Shown here one piece after another: positions 1-9,354 of a DNA stretch of 64,000 nt. This DNA comes from an uncultured Bacillota bacterium (GTDB taxonomy: Bacteria > Sysuimicrobiota > Sysuimicrobiia > Sysuimicrobiales > Segetimicrobiaceae). Made by a program: the position numbers and the translations under genes. Within the stretch, counting starts at the first letter, position 1, and each line of letters starts with the position of its first letter. The notes under the pieces are model-generated. The model was not told the DNA's origin, made no database searches, and saw nothing but the letters and a program-made list of their open reading frames with translations. The DNA is taken from NCBI GenBank assembly GCA_963804645.1, contig CAWDRG010000015.1, positions 305,822 through 369,821 on the forward strand, in the 5' to 3' direction.

Positions 1-531
1 GACCCGGCCTTTGTGCAGCTGTATTTTGAGATGGCATTGCGGGTCAACTACATGACGTTCGAGCAAATCGAGGACACTCGAGAATCGCTCGAGCGCGACG
101 TTGCGTACTCGGCAGCGCTCAACGCCACGCCGGAAGATATAGGGGCGCTCGAAGATGCGATGCGCCGCGTCTTGGAGGCGAAGAGTGCAGAAGCCGGCGC
201 CGAGGCGGATTACGAATTCCATCTCCACCTGGCGCATGCCACGCATAATCCCGTCATTTCGCTGATCTTGGGGGGACTCTCGTCAGTTCTACATCAGGTC
301 TTTCTTCGTCGGCAGCGTCTCGTCCGAGGAGTGCCGGGTGGCGCCGTGCGTACGAACAACACCCACATCGCCATCCTCGACGCCGTGCGTGACCACAATG
401 CGAACCGCGCGTTGGCCGCCATGGACGAACACTTTTTGGCTTGGAACCGAGAGTCGGCCAGAGCTTCCCTACGTCGACACAAGGCCGGAGTGAGGGAACG
501 GACTCAAAAAAGGGTGCGGTCACTTTCGTGA
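1..531 (+). CDS. GntR/FadR-family transcriptional regulator, C-terminal FCD ligand domain (5' end off-window)
   Basis: The frame is open from base 1 to the stop at 529-531. It shows a helical FCD-type pattern (DYEFHLHLAHATHNPVISLILG, HIAILDAVRDHNANRALAAMDEHF). The wHTH domain would lie upstream of the window. Confidence 0.7.
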   Translation, partial: DPAFVQLYFEMALRVNYMTFEQIEDTRESLERDVAYSAALNATPEDIGALEDAMRRVLEAKSAEAGAEADYEFHLHLAHATHNPVISLILGGLSSVLHQVFLRRQRLVRGVPGGAVRTNNTHIAILDAVRDHNANRALAAMDEHFLAWNRESARASLRRHKAGVRERTQKRVRSLS

Positions 532-621
532 TCGTAGTGCGATCGGACATGCACCGAATGGACGGATACGCTGTGGCTTGTTCGTGGGGGATGCTCGCAT
601 CTACGACCAGGGGAGGCGACG

Positions 622-1917
622 ATGATGGGTGGTCCAGGGTCCGTTAGCGATCGGGCGAGTGCGCGTGTAAGGAATCAGTTCGGGAGGCGGGCATTTGTGC
701 GCGGGGCGGGATTGGCGGCACTCGGCCTGCCGAGCGTCGCTGTCGCCTTGGAAGCGTTGGTCCCTGGCACGGCTGAGGCGGCATTGCAAGAGGTTCGTAT
801 CGGTACCGTCACCTCACTCACGGGTGAACGTGCCGAGAATGGTAAGAGTGAGCAACTGGGAGCGCAGATGGCGGTTGACGAAATCAATCAGGCGGGCGGG
901 GTCGGCGGCAAGTTTCGGCTGAAGTTCGTTGTGTACGATGACGAGACCAAGGTCGAAATTGCGGCGGCCTCGGCACAAAAGCTCGTCGGGGACGGAGTGC
1001 AAATGATGCTCGGCACTCTATTCTCGACCTACGACCTGGCGATTAATCCGATCATCAACAAGGGTAAAGTGCTCATGATTGTGTGGGACAATACCTCGCC
1101 CAAGATCACCCTCCAAAACCCCTACGCCTTTCGAATTCTCTATACGGTACCGATTCAAGGGTACGCCGATGCCGAATTCATGGCGAAAAACCTGAACCTC
1201 ACTAGCATCGCGACCATGACAGATAATGCGAATGAAGGCAACACGGCAACGACCGATCGTGTGGTCAGCGTGTTCACGAAGAAATTCGGGGGCAAGGTCG
1301 TTGCCCAGGAATCGTTTCAGTTGGGCGATAAGGATTTCAAAGCGCAGCTGACGCGCATCAAGCCGACGGCGGCGCCATGTCTCTATATCTCCGGGTCGGT
1401 GCAAGAGGTCGCATTAATCGCGAAGCAATGCCTTGAGATCGGCTACAAGCCCACGTATCTCATGGGCCCAGACTCGTGGGAGGATGCGACGATTTTCACG
1501 CTGGCCGGGAAGGAGATGCAGCAAGATTTCCACTCCTTTTACAGTACGGTCCTTGTGAGCGACGATCCGGACCCGGATTTTCAGCGATGGGCCAAGAGCT
1601 TCACAGCCAAGTATCCCAATTGGGCCCCGGGGCCAGGCGCCTTGGAAGCGTTGTCGTACGACGCCGTCAAGGTCGCCGCGTGGGCGCTCGGCAAAGCGGG
1701 ACGGTACAACGGCGACGCGATGCGTCAGGCGCTGATGACCTTGGTGAACGCACCAGCCGCGAGCGGTATCAAAGGTCTGGTGACGTCGAAGTCGGGACTG
1801 ACGTTCAACAGCACGCGTGACGCCATTACTCCGGTGACGATCGCAGAACTGAAGAACAACAAATTCACGTACTACGCGAAGATTCAGCCGACGGCCGAAA
1901 TGGCGAAATCGTATTGA
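622..1917 (+). CDS. Leu/Ile/Val-family (type 1 periplasmic-binding fold) ABC substrate-binding protein with Tat-like signal
   Basis: GGGGAGG lies 5 nt upstream of ATG 622. Signal peptide GRRAFVRGAGLAALGL...AEA. Family pattern RIGTVTSLTGERAENG, AVDEINQAGGVGG, LSYDAVKVAAWAL. Confidence 0.85.
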   Translation: MMGGPGSVSDRASARVRNQFGRRAFVRGAGLAALGLPSVAVALEALVPGTAEAALQEVRIGTVTSLTGERAENGKSEQLGAQMAVDEINQAGGVGGKFRLKFVVYDDETKVEIAAASAQKLVGDGVQMMLGTLFSTYDLAINPIINKGKVLMIVWDNTSPKITLQNPYAFRILYTVPIQGYADAEFMAKNLNLTSIATMTDNANEGNTATTDRVVSVFTKKFGGKVVAQESFQLGDKDFKAQLTRIKPTAAPCLYISGSVQEVALIAKQCLEIGYKPTYLMGPDSWEDATIFTLAGKEMQQDFHSFYSTVLVSDDPDPDFQRWAKSFTAKYPNWAPGPGALEALSYDAVKVAAWALGKAGRYNGDAMRQALMTLVNAPAASGIKGLVTSKSGLTFNSTRDAITPVTIAELKNNKFTYYAKIQPTAEMAKSY

Positions 1918-2119
1918 CGTCCTGTACGGAGCGTGAGCGGGGGGGTGTGGTTCCACCGCCGGTGAAACGTATCCCGTCATGTCGACTGCTGACGCGGCGG
2001 GGCACGTTCGTTCGCCGCGGCCGAGACAAGTTCGGGCCGGACGGTTCGGGTGCCGTGGGGGGCGCGTTGACCGCCGGCCGCCGTGGGCGCGGCGCCGAGG
2101 GGTAAGTTCGCCGTAGTGC

Positions 2120-3013
2120 ATGGACACGATTCTTCAGCAGCTGGTTAATGGATTTACGTCGGGCGCGACGTACGCGATGCTCGGCCTCGGGCAGGCCATG
2201 GTCTACGGGGTCCTGCGCCTGATTAATTTCGCCCACGGCGACATCTTCATGGTCGGGGTGTTCGTGGGTTGGCTGATCGGCACGTATCTCGTTCAGGCGT
2301 TTGCCTGGCCGCTGCTGCCCACCATGTTTGCGGCGATGGTGACGTGCGCGTTCGCGAACTATTTGGTCGAACGACTCGGGTACCGACCATTGAGAACGGC
2401 TCCGCGCCTGTCGATGTTGTTATCGGCGCTGGCAATTTCTGAGTTTCTCGAGAACGGTACCCAGGCATTGACGGGGACGCAGCTGCATGAATTTCCGAAC
2501 CTGATTCCACCGACCGTGTATCATTGGGGATCAATTTTCGTCGCGAACGCGGATCTTCTGGTTGCGGTTACCACGTTGCTAGCCATGATCGTCGTCGATT
2601 TCATGGTCTATCGCACTCGTATGGGCAAGGCCATGCGCGCGGTGGCGTACAATATGCAGGCCGCGATCCTGATGGGGATTAATGTCAATGCAGTCGTGTC
2701 GTGGGTGTTTGTGGTCGGGGGAGCGCTCGCCGGTCTCGCAGGGATTGTCTACGGCCTCGCCTATCCTGCGATCGACCCGTACATGGGTCTCCTCCCTGGG
2801 TTGAAAGGGTTCGTGGCCGTTGCCATTGGCGGTATTGGCAGCGTCAGGGGCGCCGTGTTGGGCGGCTTTCTTCTGGGGTATGTTGAAACCTTTGCCGGAG
2901 GGTTCCTCCCCAGCGCGTTGAGGGATGCCATTGCGTTCTTCCTGCTGATCGTCATCCTGATGATTCGACCGAGTGGTCTGCTCAACGTGCCCTGGTACAC
3001 GGAGCGCGTCTAG
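2120..3013 (+). CDS. livH: Branched-chain amino acid ABC transporter permease (LivH type)
   Basis: 297-aa polytopic protein with LivH-like motifs (INFAHGDIFMVG, IGGIGSVRGAVLGGFLLG). Confidence 0.9.
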   Translation: MDTILQQLVNGFTSGATYAMLGLGQAMVYGVLRLINFAHGDIFMVGVFVGWLIGTYLVQAFAWPLLPTMFAAMVTCAFANYLVERLGYRPLRTAPRLSMLLSALAISEFLENGTQALTGTQLHEFPNLIPPTVYHWGSIFVANADLLVAVTTLLAMIVVDFMVYRTRMGKAMRAVAYNMQAAILMGINVNAVVSWVFVVGGALAGLAGIVYGLAYPAIDPYMGLLPGLKGFVAVAIGGIGSVRGAVLGGFLLGYVETFAGGFLPSALRDAIAFFLLIVILMIRPSGLLNVPWYTERV

Positions 3014-3022
3014 GCACACGCG

Positions 3023-4027
3023 ATGAACGTCCGCGTTCCGCCGGGGAGACGCGATTTTTATCGAGGCCGCTATGTCGTGGTATGGGCTGCCGTCGCTTTA
3101 GGATTGTTCGTGACCATCTACGTTGAGCAAAGTGGCATTCTTGGCGGCTATGTGGTGCTGCTGCTCCAGATCATGGGCATTTATGCCATTGAAGCGATGG
3201 GCTTGGGCTTGATCAACGGCTTCACCGGGCAGTTTTCGCTGGGTCACGCCACGTTCATGGGGATCGGTGCCTATGCCGCGGCATTGCTGACCAGCAATGT
3301 TGGCCTGCCGTTTCTGCCCACGATGCTCCTTGGAGGACTGGCGGCGGGGGGGGCGGCCCTGCTGTTGGGGATACCGATCTTTCGGTTGCTGGGAGACTAC
3401 GTCGTTGTCATTACCCTTGCGATCAATCTGATCTTTGTCAACCTGCTGAACAATTTCGGCTATGCCGGCGGACCTAGGGGATTTGAAGTCACTCAAGCCT
3501 ATGACACGCTTCCCTGGATCTACGCCTGGGTGGTGATCACCTATGTCGTCCTGCGCAACTTGGTGTTCTCCAGTCACGGGCGCGCAATCTTGGCAGTCAG
3601 AGAAGATGAAACCGCTGCCCCGCTGCTTGGGGTCAATCCGTATAAGTACAAACTGATTGCGTTCTCGCTGGCGTGCTTCTTTGCCGGCGTCGGCGGCGCC
3701 CTGTCGGCGCATACCTTGATGTTCATTGCGCCGCCCGATTTCTCGTATTTGGTCTCCATCGATATCCTTGTCATGACGCTGCTGGGAGGGAGCGGGAGCC
3801 TCTTTGGCGCCATTCTCGGCGCCGTCACATACCGCGTCGTGCTGGAGCTCCTTCGACCCCTTGGGGTCTTGCGCATGTTGGTTACGCCGGTGTTACTGCT
3901 CACCATCATCATGGTGAAGCCAACCGGTTTGTACGGGCAGAGGGAACCGCGGATTTTTCGCGATCACTGGGCGGATGAACCGATCGTGGCTCGTCGTCGC
4001 GGGTTCGGGACGACGGAAGAACAATGA
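3023..4027 (+). CDS. livM: Branched-chain amino acid ABC transporter permease (LivM type)
   Basis: 334-aa polytopic protein with the GQFSLGHATFMGIGAY motif. Its 3' end overlaps the next gene by 4 nt. Confidence 0.9.
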   Translation: MNVRVPPGRRDFYRGRYVVVWAAVALGLFVTIYVEQSGILGGYVVLLLQIMGIYAIEAMGLGLINGFTGQFSLGHATFMGIGAYAAALLTSNVGLPFLPTMLLGGLAAGGAALLLGIPIFRLLGDYVVVITLAINLIFVNLLNNFGYAGGPRGFEVTQAYDTLPWIYAWVVITYVVLRNLVFSSHGRAILAVREDETAAPLLGVNPYKYKLIAFSLACFFAGVGGALSAHTLMFIAPPDFSYLVSIDILVMTLLGGSGSLFGAILGAVTYRVVLELLRPLGVLRMLVTPVLLLTIIMVKPTGLYGQREPRIFRDHWADEPIVARRRGFGTTEEQ

Positions 4028-4800
4028 CGCCCTATCTCCTTGAGGTTCGCGGTGTCTCTAGGCGGTTCGGTGGCGTTCGGGCGCTCACAAATCTGAGCCT
4101 TAATGTGGCGTTCGGCGAAGTCCTCGGCCTCATCGGACCCAACGGCTCGGGAAAGACCACGACATTTAATGTCATCACGGGAGTGTTTGCACCCTCCGAT
4201 GGGGACGTCACATTCATGGGCCGTCGGATATCAGGCTTCCCATCATACGCGATTACCAAGTTGGGTATCGCAAGAACATTCCAGAACATTCGGATGCTCA
4301 AGGGTCTGACCGTGCTCGACAACGTGCTTGTCGCGGCACACCTACACCACAAAGTCCCCCTGTGGCACGCGTTGGTCCGGACCCCGGTCTCTACTGCCGA
4401 GGAGCGACGCCTCCGTCAAGAAGCCCGCGAATTGCTCGATATTTTTGGAGTGTTGGATCGCGCCAGTGAGGTGTCGGGCAGTCTCCCATATGCGACCCAA
4501 CGGCGCGTAGAAATCGCACGCGCATTGGCCACGCACCCCCAATTGCTCCTGCTGGATGAGCCGACGGCCGGCATGAATCCTCGTGAGCAGGATGAGATCA
4601 AGGACCTCATCCGATTCATCCGGGATGAATTTCGGCTGGCAATCATTCTCGTCGAACACAATCTGCGCGTGGTGATGGATCTGTGCCCGCGCATTGTCGC
4701 GATGGATTTCGGTCAGGTCATTGCCGAAGGTGCGCCGGCGGAGATCAAGCGACATCCGAAGGTGATCGAAGCGTATCTTGGATCCGAGGATGAGGCATGA
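4024..4800 (+). CDS. livG: Branched-chain amino acid ABC transporter ATP-binding protein (LivG type)
   Basis: Walker A GPNGSGKTT, Walker B LLLLDEPTAGMNP, LivG-type C-terminal tail. Start/stop overlaps on both sides. Confidence 0.9.
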   Translation: MTPYLLEVRGVSRRFGGVRALTNLSLNVAFGEVLGLIGPNGSGKTTTFNVITGVFAPSDGDVTFMGRRISGFPSYAITKLGIARTFQNIRMLKGLTVLDNVLVAAHLHHKVPLWHALVRTPVSTAEERRLRQEARELLDIFGVLDRASEVSGSLPYATQRRVEIARALATHPQLLLLDEPTAGMNPREQDEIKDLIRFIRDEFRLAIILVEHNLRVVMDLCPRIVAMDFGQVIAEGAPAEIKRHPKVIEAYLGSEDEA

Positions 4801-5519
4801 TGGGCGCGGCGCCACTGCTAGAGGTCATCGACCTCCACGTCCACTACGGGGGGATCGCGGCCCTCAAGGGGATTTCCTTCGAGGTCTACGAGGGTGAAAT
4901 CGTCACGATACTCGGCGCGAACGGCGCCGGCAAGTCGACGACGCTGCGGGCGATCTCGGGATTGGTGAAGCCGACTCGCGGCAGGATTCGGTTCCGCGGG
5001 GACGATGTGCACCAGGTGCCGGGATACCGGTTAGTGCAACGAGGAATCGTGCACGTCCCGGAAGGGCGTCTCATTTTCGCGAATCTGTCTGTGCGAGAGA
5101 ATCTCGATGTGGCGGCATACACGAGAAAGCCCGGCGCGCGGTTGGACGAGGATTACGAGCGGATTTATGAGATGTTCCCGAGGCTACGGGAACGGCTTCA
5201 TCTGCAGGCCAGCGCGCTGTCCGGTGGCGAGCAACAAATGCTCGCTATTGCTCGTGCCCTCATCACCGGGGGGACCCTGATGTTACTAGACGAGCCGTCC
5301 ATGGGACTGGCCCCGATTCTCGTGCGGGACGTGATCGACAAGATCTGCGAAATCAACCGCGCCGGGATGACGGTGCTGCTTGTCGAGCAAAACGCCTCGC
5401 TCGCGCTGAAAATTGCGACGCGTGCCTACGTGCTTGCGGAAGGCGAAATTGTGATGGCGTCCGCCGCCGGAGAGCTCGCATCACGAGAGGACATCCGGCG
5501 GGCATATCTTGGCGACTGA
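4797..5519 (+). CDS. livF: Branched-chain amino acid ABC transporter ATP-binding protein (LivF type)
   Basis: Walker A GANGAGKST, signature LSGGEQQMLAIARAL, Walker B LLDEPSMGLAP. Confidence 0.9.
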   Translation: MMGAAPLLEVIDLHVHYGGIAALKGISFEVYEGEIVTILGANGAGKSTTLRAISGLVKPTRGRIRFRGDDVHQVPGYRLVQRGIVHVPEGRLIFANLSVRENLDVAAYTRKPGARLDEDYERIYEMFPRLRERLHLQASALSGGEQQMLAIARALITGGTLMLLDEPSMGLAPILVRDVIDKICEINRAGMTVLLVEQNASLALKIATRAYVLAEGEIVMASAAGELASREDIRRAYLGD

Positions 5520-5593
5520 GCGTAGCACCGCGCCGTCGGCGATGGTCTACGCGGACGCTGATCGGGGCGCCGGTATGGGGAGGTCGTGGTGCA

Positions 5594-6517
5594 GTGCCGG
5601 GACTCACTGAGCCTGCCAAGACACCATGGTCGTCTGATCGGGTTGCGTTCGTCAACGGTCAGTTTGTCGAAGAGTGTCGTGCGACGCTGTCGATTTTTGA
5701 CCGGGGCGTGCTGTACGGAGATGCGGTATTCGAGGCAGCCTTTGCGTGGGATGGGTATATCTTCAAGCTTGATCGGCACCTGCGTCGAATGGACCAGGCA
5801 CTGAGAGCGGTATGCATAGACCTCCCCGTCTCCCTTGAGGAGCTGAAGGGGTATGTGATCGAAACCGTCCGGCGGAATCGGCTCAGGGACGCGTACATCA
5901 AGTGGATCGTTACACGTGGCGTTGGGCCAGGCATTCTGCTCGATCCCATTGGATGTGTTCCCAGCATCATCGTCATGGCACGCGAGTACCTGTTTTTGAC
6001 CGACCCCCAAAAGGCTCAAACTGGCATCCGGGTAAAGATTGCGCAGGTGAGACGGACGCCGCACGAATGCCTCGATCCGCGGATAAAAAGCGTAGGCTAT
6101 CTCAACCTGATTTTGGCGCGGATCGAGGCGATGAGCGGACGCTACGATGACGCCCTACTGCTGGACATGCAGGGGCGCCTGTGCGAAGCGCCCGGCTACA
6201 ATCTGTTCGTAGCGAGAGAGGGAGTTGTCCGCACCCCCGCCGAGGAGGTGCTGGAAGGCATCACACGCGAGACGGTGCTCGAATTGTGCCGCGAGTTGCA
6301 CATACCTGCCGCGGAGGACGACCTCATGCCCTACGACGCGTATACCGCGGATGAACTTTTTTTGACGAACACGGCCGGAGGCATTGTGCCAGTGATTTCG
6401 GTGGATGGGCGTCGTGTCGGCGCGGGCGTACCCGGACCAATCTGTCAGCGCGTGAGAGATGCCTACCGGTCGCTGATTGAGAGCCGCATTCACGGGACGG
6501 GAGTGTATGGGGCATAG
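5594..6517 (+). CDS. Class IV (fold-type IV PLP) aminotransferase, BCAT/D-amino-acid aminotransferase family
   Basis: FDRGVLYGDAVFE, catalytic-Lys context DPRIKSVGYLNLILA, EAPGYNLF, LEGITRE. GTG start with GGGGAGG upstream. Confidence 0.85.
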   Translation: MPGLTEPAKTPWSSDRVAFVNGQFVEECRATLSIFDRGVLYGDAVFEAAFAWDGYIFKLDRHLRRMDQALRAVCIDLPVSLEELKGYVIETVRRNRLRDAYIKWIVTRGVGPGILLDPIGCVPSIIVMAREYLFLTDPQKAQTGIRVKIAQVRRTPHECLDPRIKSVGYLNLILARIEAMSGRYDDALLLDMQGRLCEAPGYNLFVAREGVVRTPAEEVLEGITRETVLELCRELHIPAAEDDLMPYDAYTADELFLTNTAGGIVPVISVDGRRVGAGVPGPICQRVRDAYRSLIESRIHGTGVYGA

Positions 6518-6573
6518 CCGTCAAGCCAAGCGGCGATGCAACGAGATCGGACAGAACGGGCGGAGGGTGTCCA

Positions 6574-7833
6574 ATGGCGACTGAGCGAGCGCAGGATCGC
6601 ATTCGAGCCACGTATCACATCGAGACCTCGCTGCCCGTCGGGGAGGCCGCGGAAGCCTTAGCGAGAGAACAATCGACCGGCACGTTCGTCAGAGTGCCCG
6701 GGGAGACCGAGGCACTCCGTCAGCGCTTCGCGGCGCGCGTCGAAAGCATCACAGAGTTGGAGGGCGTCGATTGCCCGAGTCTCCCGGGTGCTCGGCGCGC
6801 GAAGGAGAAATACTCTCGTGCCCGGGTGGTCATCTCATTTCCTCTCGAGAATGTTGGGCTTTCCTTGCCAAACCTCCTGACGACCGTTGCGGGAAATCTG
6901 TACGAGCTGGCCGAGCTCTCCGGCGTGCGGTTGCTCGACATTGAGATCCCCGATGCCTTCATGGGAGCGTACCCGGGGCCGCAGTTCGGCATTGACGGAA
7001 CGCGGCAGCTGACCGGCGTATATGAACGTCCAATCGTTGGGACGATTGTCAAGCCAAGTGTGGGATTTTCGCCGCGGGAAACGGCGGCGCTCGTCGAGGT
7101 GCTCGCACAAGCCGGCCTGGACTTTACCAAGGATGACGAATTGATCGCCAATCCCCCGTATTCCCCGCTCGCTGAGCGTGTCAAGGAGGTCATGCCCGTT
7201 ATCAATCGGGCGGCGGATCGGACCGGGAAGAAAATGATGTTCGCGTTCAACATTACCGGTGACGTCGACGATATGTTACGCCATCACGACACCGTGCTTG
7301 ACGCGGGTGGCACCTGCGTGATGGTCAGTCTGCTAAGTGTCGGGTTGGCGGGATTGGCGCATCTCAGGCGCCACTGTCAATTGCCGATTCACGGACATCG
7401 AAATGGGTGGGGAGCGTTGACCCGGGACCCTTACTTGGGCATGGCATTTCGGGCGTACCAGAAGCTGTGGCGTCTCGCGGGGGTTGATCATCTTCATACG
7501 AATGGGTTGCGGAACAAGTTTGCGGAGCCGGATGACTCGGTAATTGCGTCCGTCAAATCTTGTCTGTCCCCGCTGTTCTCGGGGTATCGGGTCATGCCCG
7601 TGCTGTCGTCGGGTCAATGGGCTGGACAGGTTCCAGACACGTACGAGCGCCTTGCGAGCGTGGATCTCATGTACCTCTGTGGTGGAGGGATCATGGGGCA
7701 TCCGGAAGGGGTTGCGGCCGGCGTTGCCAGCGTTCGTCAGGCCTGGGAAGCGGCCTTGCTCGGGAAATCTCTTGAAGACTATGCTCACCAACACGTCGAG
7801 CTTCGGCTGGCTCTCGCCACGTTCGGTCGATGA
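6574..7833 (+). CDS. RuBisCO-like protein (form IV RLP, large-subunit homolog)
   Basis: 419 aa with GGAGGG upstream. RuBisCO large-chain motifs are present: GTIVKPSVG, LDFTKDDE, IHGHRNG, GVDHLHTNGLRNKF, PVLSSGQ, CGGGIMGHPEG. No small-subunit or PRK gene is nearby. Confidence 0.85.
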   Translation: MATERAQDRIRATYHIETSLPVGEAAEALAREQSTGTFVRVPGETEALRQRFAARVESITELEGVDCPSLPGARRAKEKYSRARVVISFPLENVGLSLPNLLTTVAGNLYELAELSGVRLLDIEIPDAFMGAYPGPQFGIDGTRQLTGVYERPIVGTIVKPSVGFSPRETAALVEVLAQAGLDFTKDDELIANPPYSPLAERVKEVMPVINRAADRTGKKMMFAFNITGDVDDMLRHHDTVLDAGGTCVMVSLLSVGLAGLAHLRRHCQLPIHGHRNGWGALTRDPYLGMAFRAYQKLWRLAGVDHLHTNGLRNKFAEPDDSVIASVKSCLSPLFSGYRVMPVLSSGQWAGQVPDTYERLASVDLMYLCGGGIMGHPEGVAAGVASVRQAWEAALLGKSLEDYAHQHVELRLALATFGR

Positions 7834-9185
7834 GCGCGGGTCCTCAACTGCTCGCCACGTTCTATGGGGACGATTTTACGGGGGCCACGGATGCAATGGA
7901 GGCCCTTGCGGTTGCGGGTGTGCCGACGATTCTCTTCCTGGACCCCCCAGATCTCGCAGATTTAAGACAGCGCTTCCCCGATGTCCGTGCCGTAGGCATT
8001 GCGGGGACGAGTCGTGCGCTGACTCCAACAGAAATGGACGTACAGTTGCCCGCTATTTTCGAGAAGATGAATCGCTTGGGCGCTCGGCTGGTTCATTATA
8101 AAGTCTGCTCGACGTTTGATTCGTCCCCGGAGATCGGCAGTATAGGGCGAGCCATCGATGTTGGTCAATCGGTATTTCGGTCACCGTTTGTGGCACTGGT
8201 CGTGGGCGTGCCCGTACTTCGGAGATATTGCGTCTTTGGCAACCTGTTCGCATCCGTGGGAGATCAGACATTTCGTCTGGACCGTCATCCGACGATGAGT
8301 CGCCACCCCGTGACTCCCATGCGTGAGGGCGACTTGCGCGTGCACCTGTCCGATCAGACCGACAAATCCGTCGCCTTGTTCGACATCTTACACTTGACTG
8401 GCACGTCGACGGAAGTGGACCATCGGTTTGCCCGGATGCTCGAAACGCAACCGGACATTGTTTTATTTGATGTTCTGGACGAACCGATGCTTACCGAGGT
8501 CGGCCGGTTGATTTGGCGACAGGCCACATGTGGCACAATGTTCGTGGTAGGTTCCTCGGGTGTCGAATACGCATTGACGAGACAGTGGACGAACGATGGT
8601 ATCCTATCGAACCCTACGCGGTATCCGTTGGTTGGGCCAGCGGATCGTCTCGTCGTGGTAAGCGGTAGCTGTTCGCCGGTTACCGAACAACAGATCAGAT
8701 GGGCGGTCGATCACGGGTTTGCGACGATACCCGTCGATACGGTCAAATTAGTTGACCGGGATCATTCTGCGGCGGAAGGCGCCCTCGCCGTTCGGCAAGC
8801 GCTCGACGCACTCGCGGACGGGCGGAGTGTTGTGCTTCACGCCTGTTTAGGCCCGCACGATCCTCGGCTTGCGGCTGCCCGACTGCGGAGAGCCGAGAAT
8901 GGCTACAATCTGGGCGACCAACTGGGGACAATTCTGAAGACCGTCCTGGAGCACACTGACGTGCGTCGAGCTGTTGTGGTAGGCGGAGATACCTGCGGGC
9001 GCGTCGTCCGGCTCCTGGGGGTATCGGCTCTTGAAATGATCGCTACCACCGAACCGGGCGCTCCCCTATGTCGCGCCTACTCGGCGGACCGGCGGATGGA
9101 CGGCCTTGAACTAATCTTGAAGGGCGGGCAGGTTGGCAGAGCCGGCTACTTTGAGAATGTGCTTGCTGGGACGGCGGGAGAATAG
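7830..9185 (+). CDS. Four-carbon acid-sugar kinase family protein (DUF1537; OtnK/DtnK/OiaK-like)
   Basis: N-terminal FYGDDFTGATDAMEAL signature of DUF1537 and a two-domain length of 451 aa. The start overlaps the RLP stop (ATGA at 7830-7833). Confidence 0.85.
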   Translation: MSAGPQLLATFYGDDFTGATDAMEALAVAGVPTILFLDPPDLADLRQRFPDVRAVGIAGTSRALTPTEMDVQLPAIFEKMNRLGARLVHYKVCSTFDSSPEIGSIGRAIDVGQSVFRSPFVALVVGVPVLRRYCVFGNLFASVGDQTFRLDRHPTMSRHPVTPMREGDLRVHLSDQTDKSVALFDILHLTGTSTEVDHRFARMLETQPDIVLFDVLDEPMLTEVGRLIWRQATCGTMFVVGSSGVEYALTRQWTNDGILSNPTRYPLVGPADRLVVVSGSCSPVTEQQIRWAVDHGFATIPVDTVKLVDRDHSAAEGALAVRQALDALADGRSVVLHACLGPHDPRLAAARLRRAENGYNLGDQLGTILKTVLEHTDVRRAVVVGGDTCGRVVRLLGVSALEMIATTEPGAPLCRAYSADRRMDGLELILKGGQVGRAGYFENVLAGTAGE

Positions 9186-9237
9186 TGTCACCCAGCTATT
9201 GGACGAGTCAGGAGCGGGAGCGTAGCGTGGATCTTCT

Positions 9238-9261
9238 CGCGACGGCACTCCTATCGTCGCG
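9238..9261. terminator. GC-rich hairpin between convergent genes (candidate bidirectional terminator)
   Basis: CGCGACG-gcactcctat-CGTCGCG gives a 7-bp perfect stem, followed by ttgtcc. It sits between the kinase stop (9185) and the BKACE stop (9355). Confidence 0.3.
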
Positions 9262-9354
9262 TTGTCCTGAGTGAAAAAAGTGAAATGAGATTTGCCCCAG
9301 CCCGTTCCAAGTCGGTCCGAACAGTGCGCCGGTCGCTTCAGCAATCCAACGTTC

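Noticed and set aside
6574-7833. A bona fide CO2-fixing RuBisCO.
   Set aside because: It is only 419 aa, the K177 and H298 equivalents are substituted, and there is no small subunit, phosphoribulokinase or CBB gene. It is translationally coupled to a DUF1537 kinase, which fits a form IV RLP.
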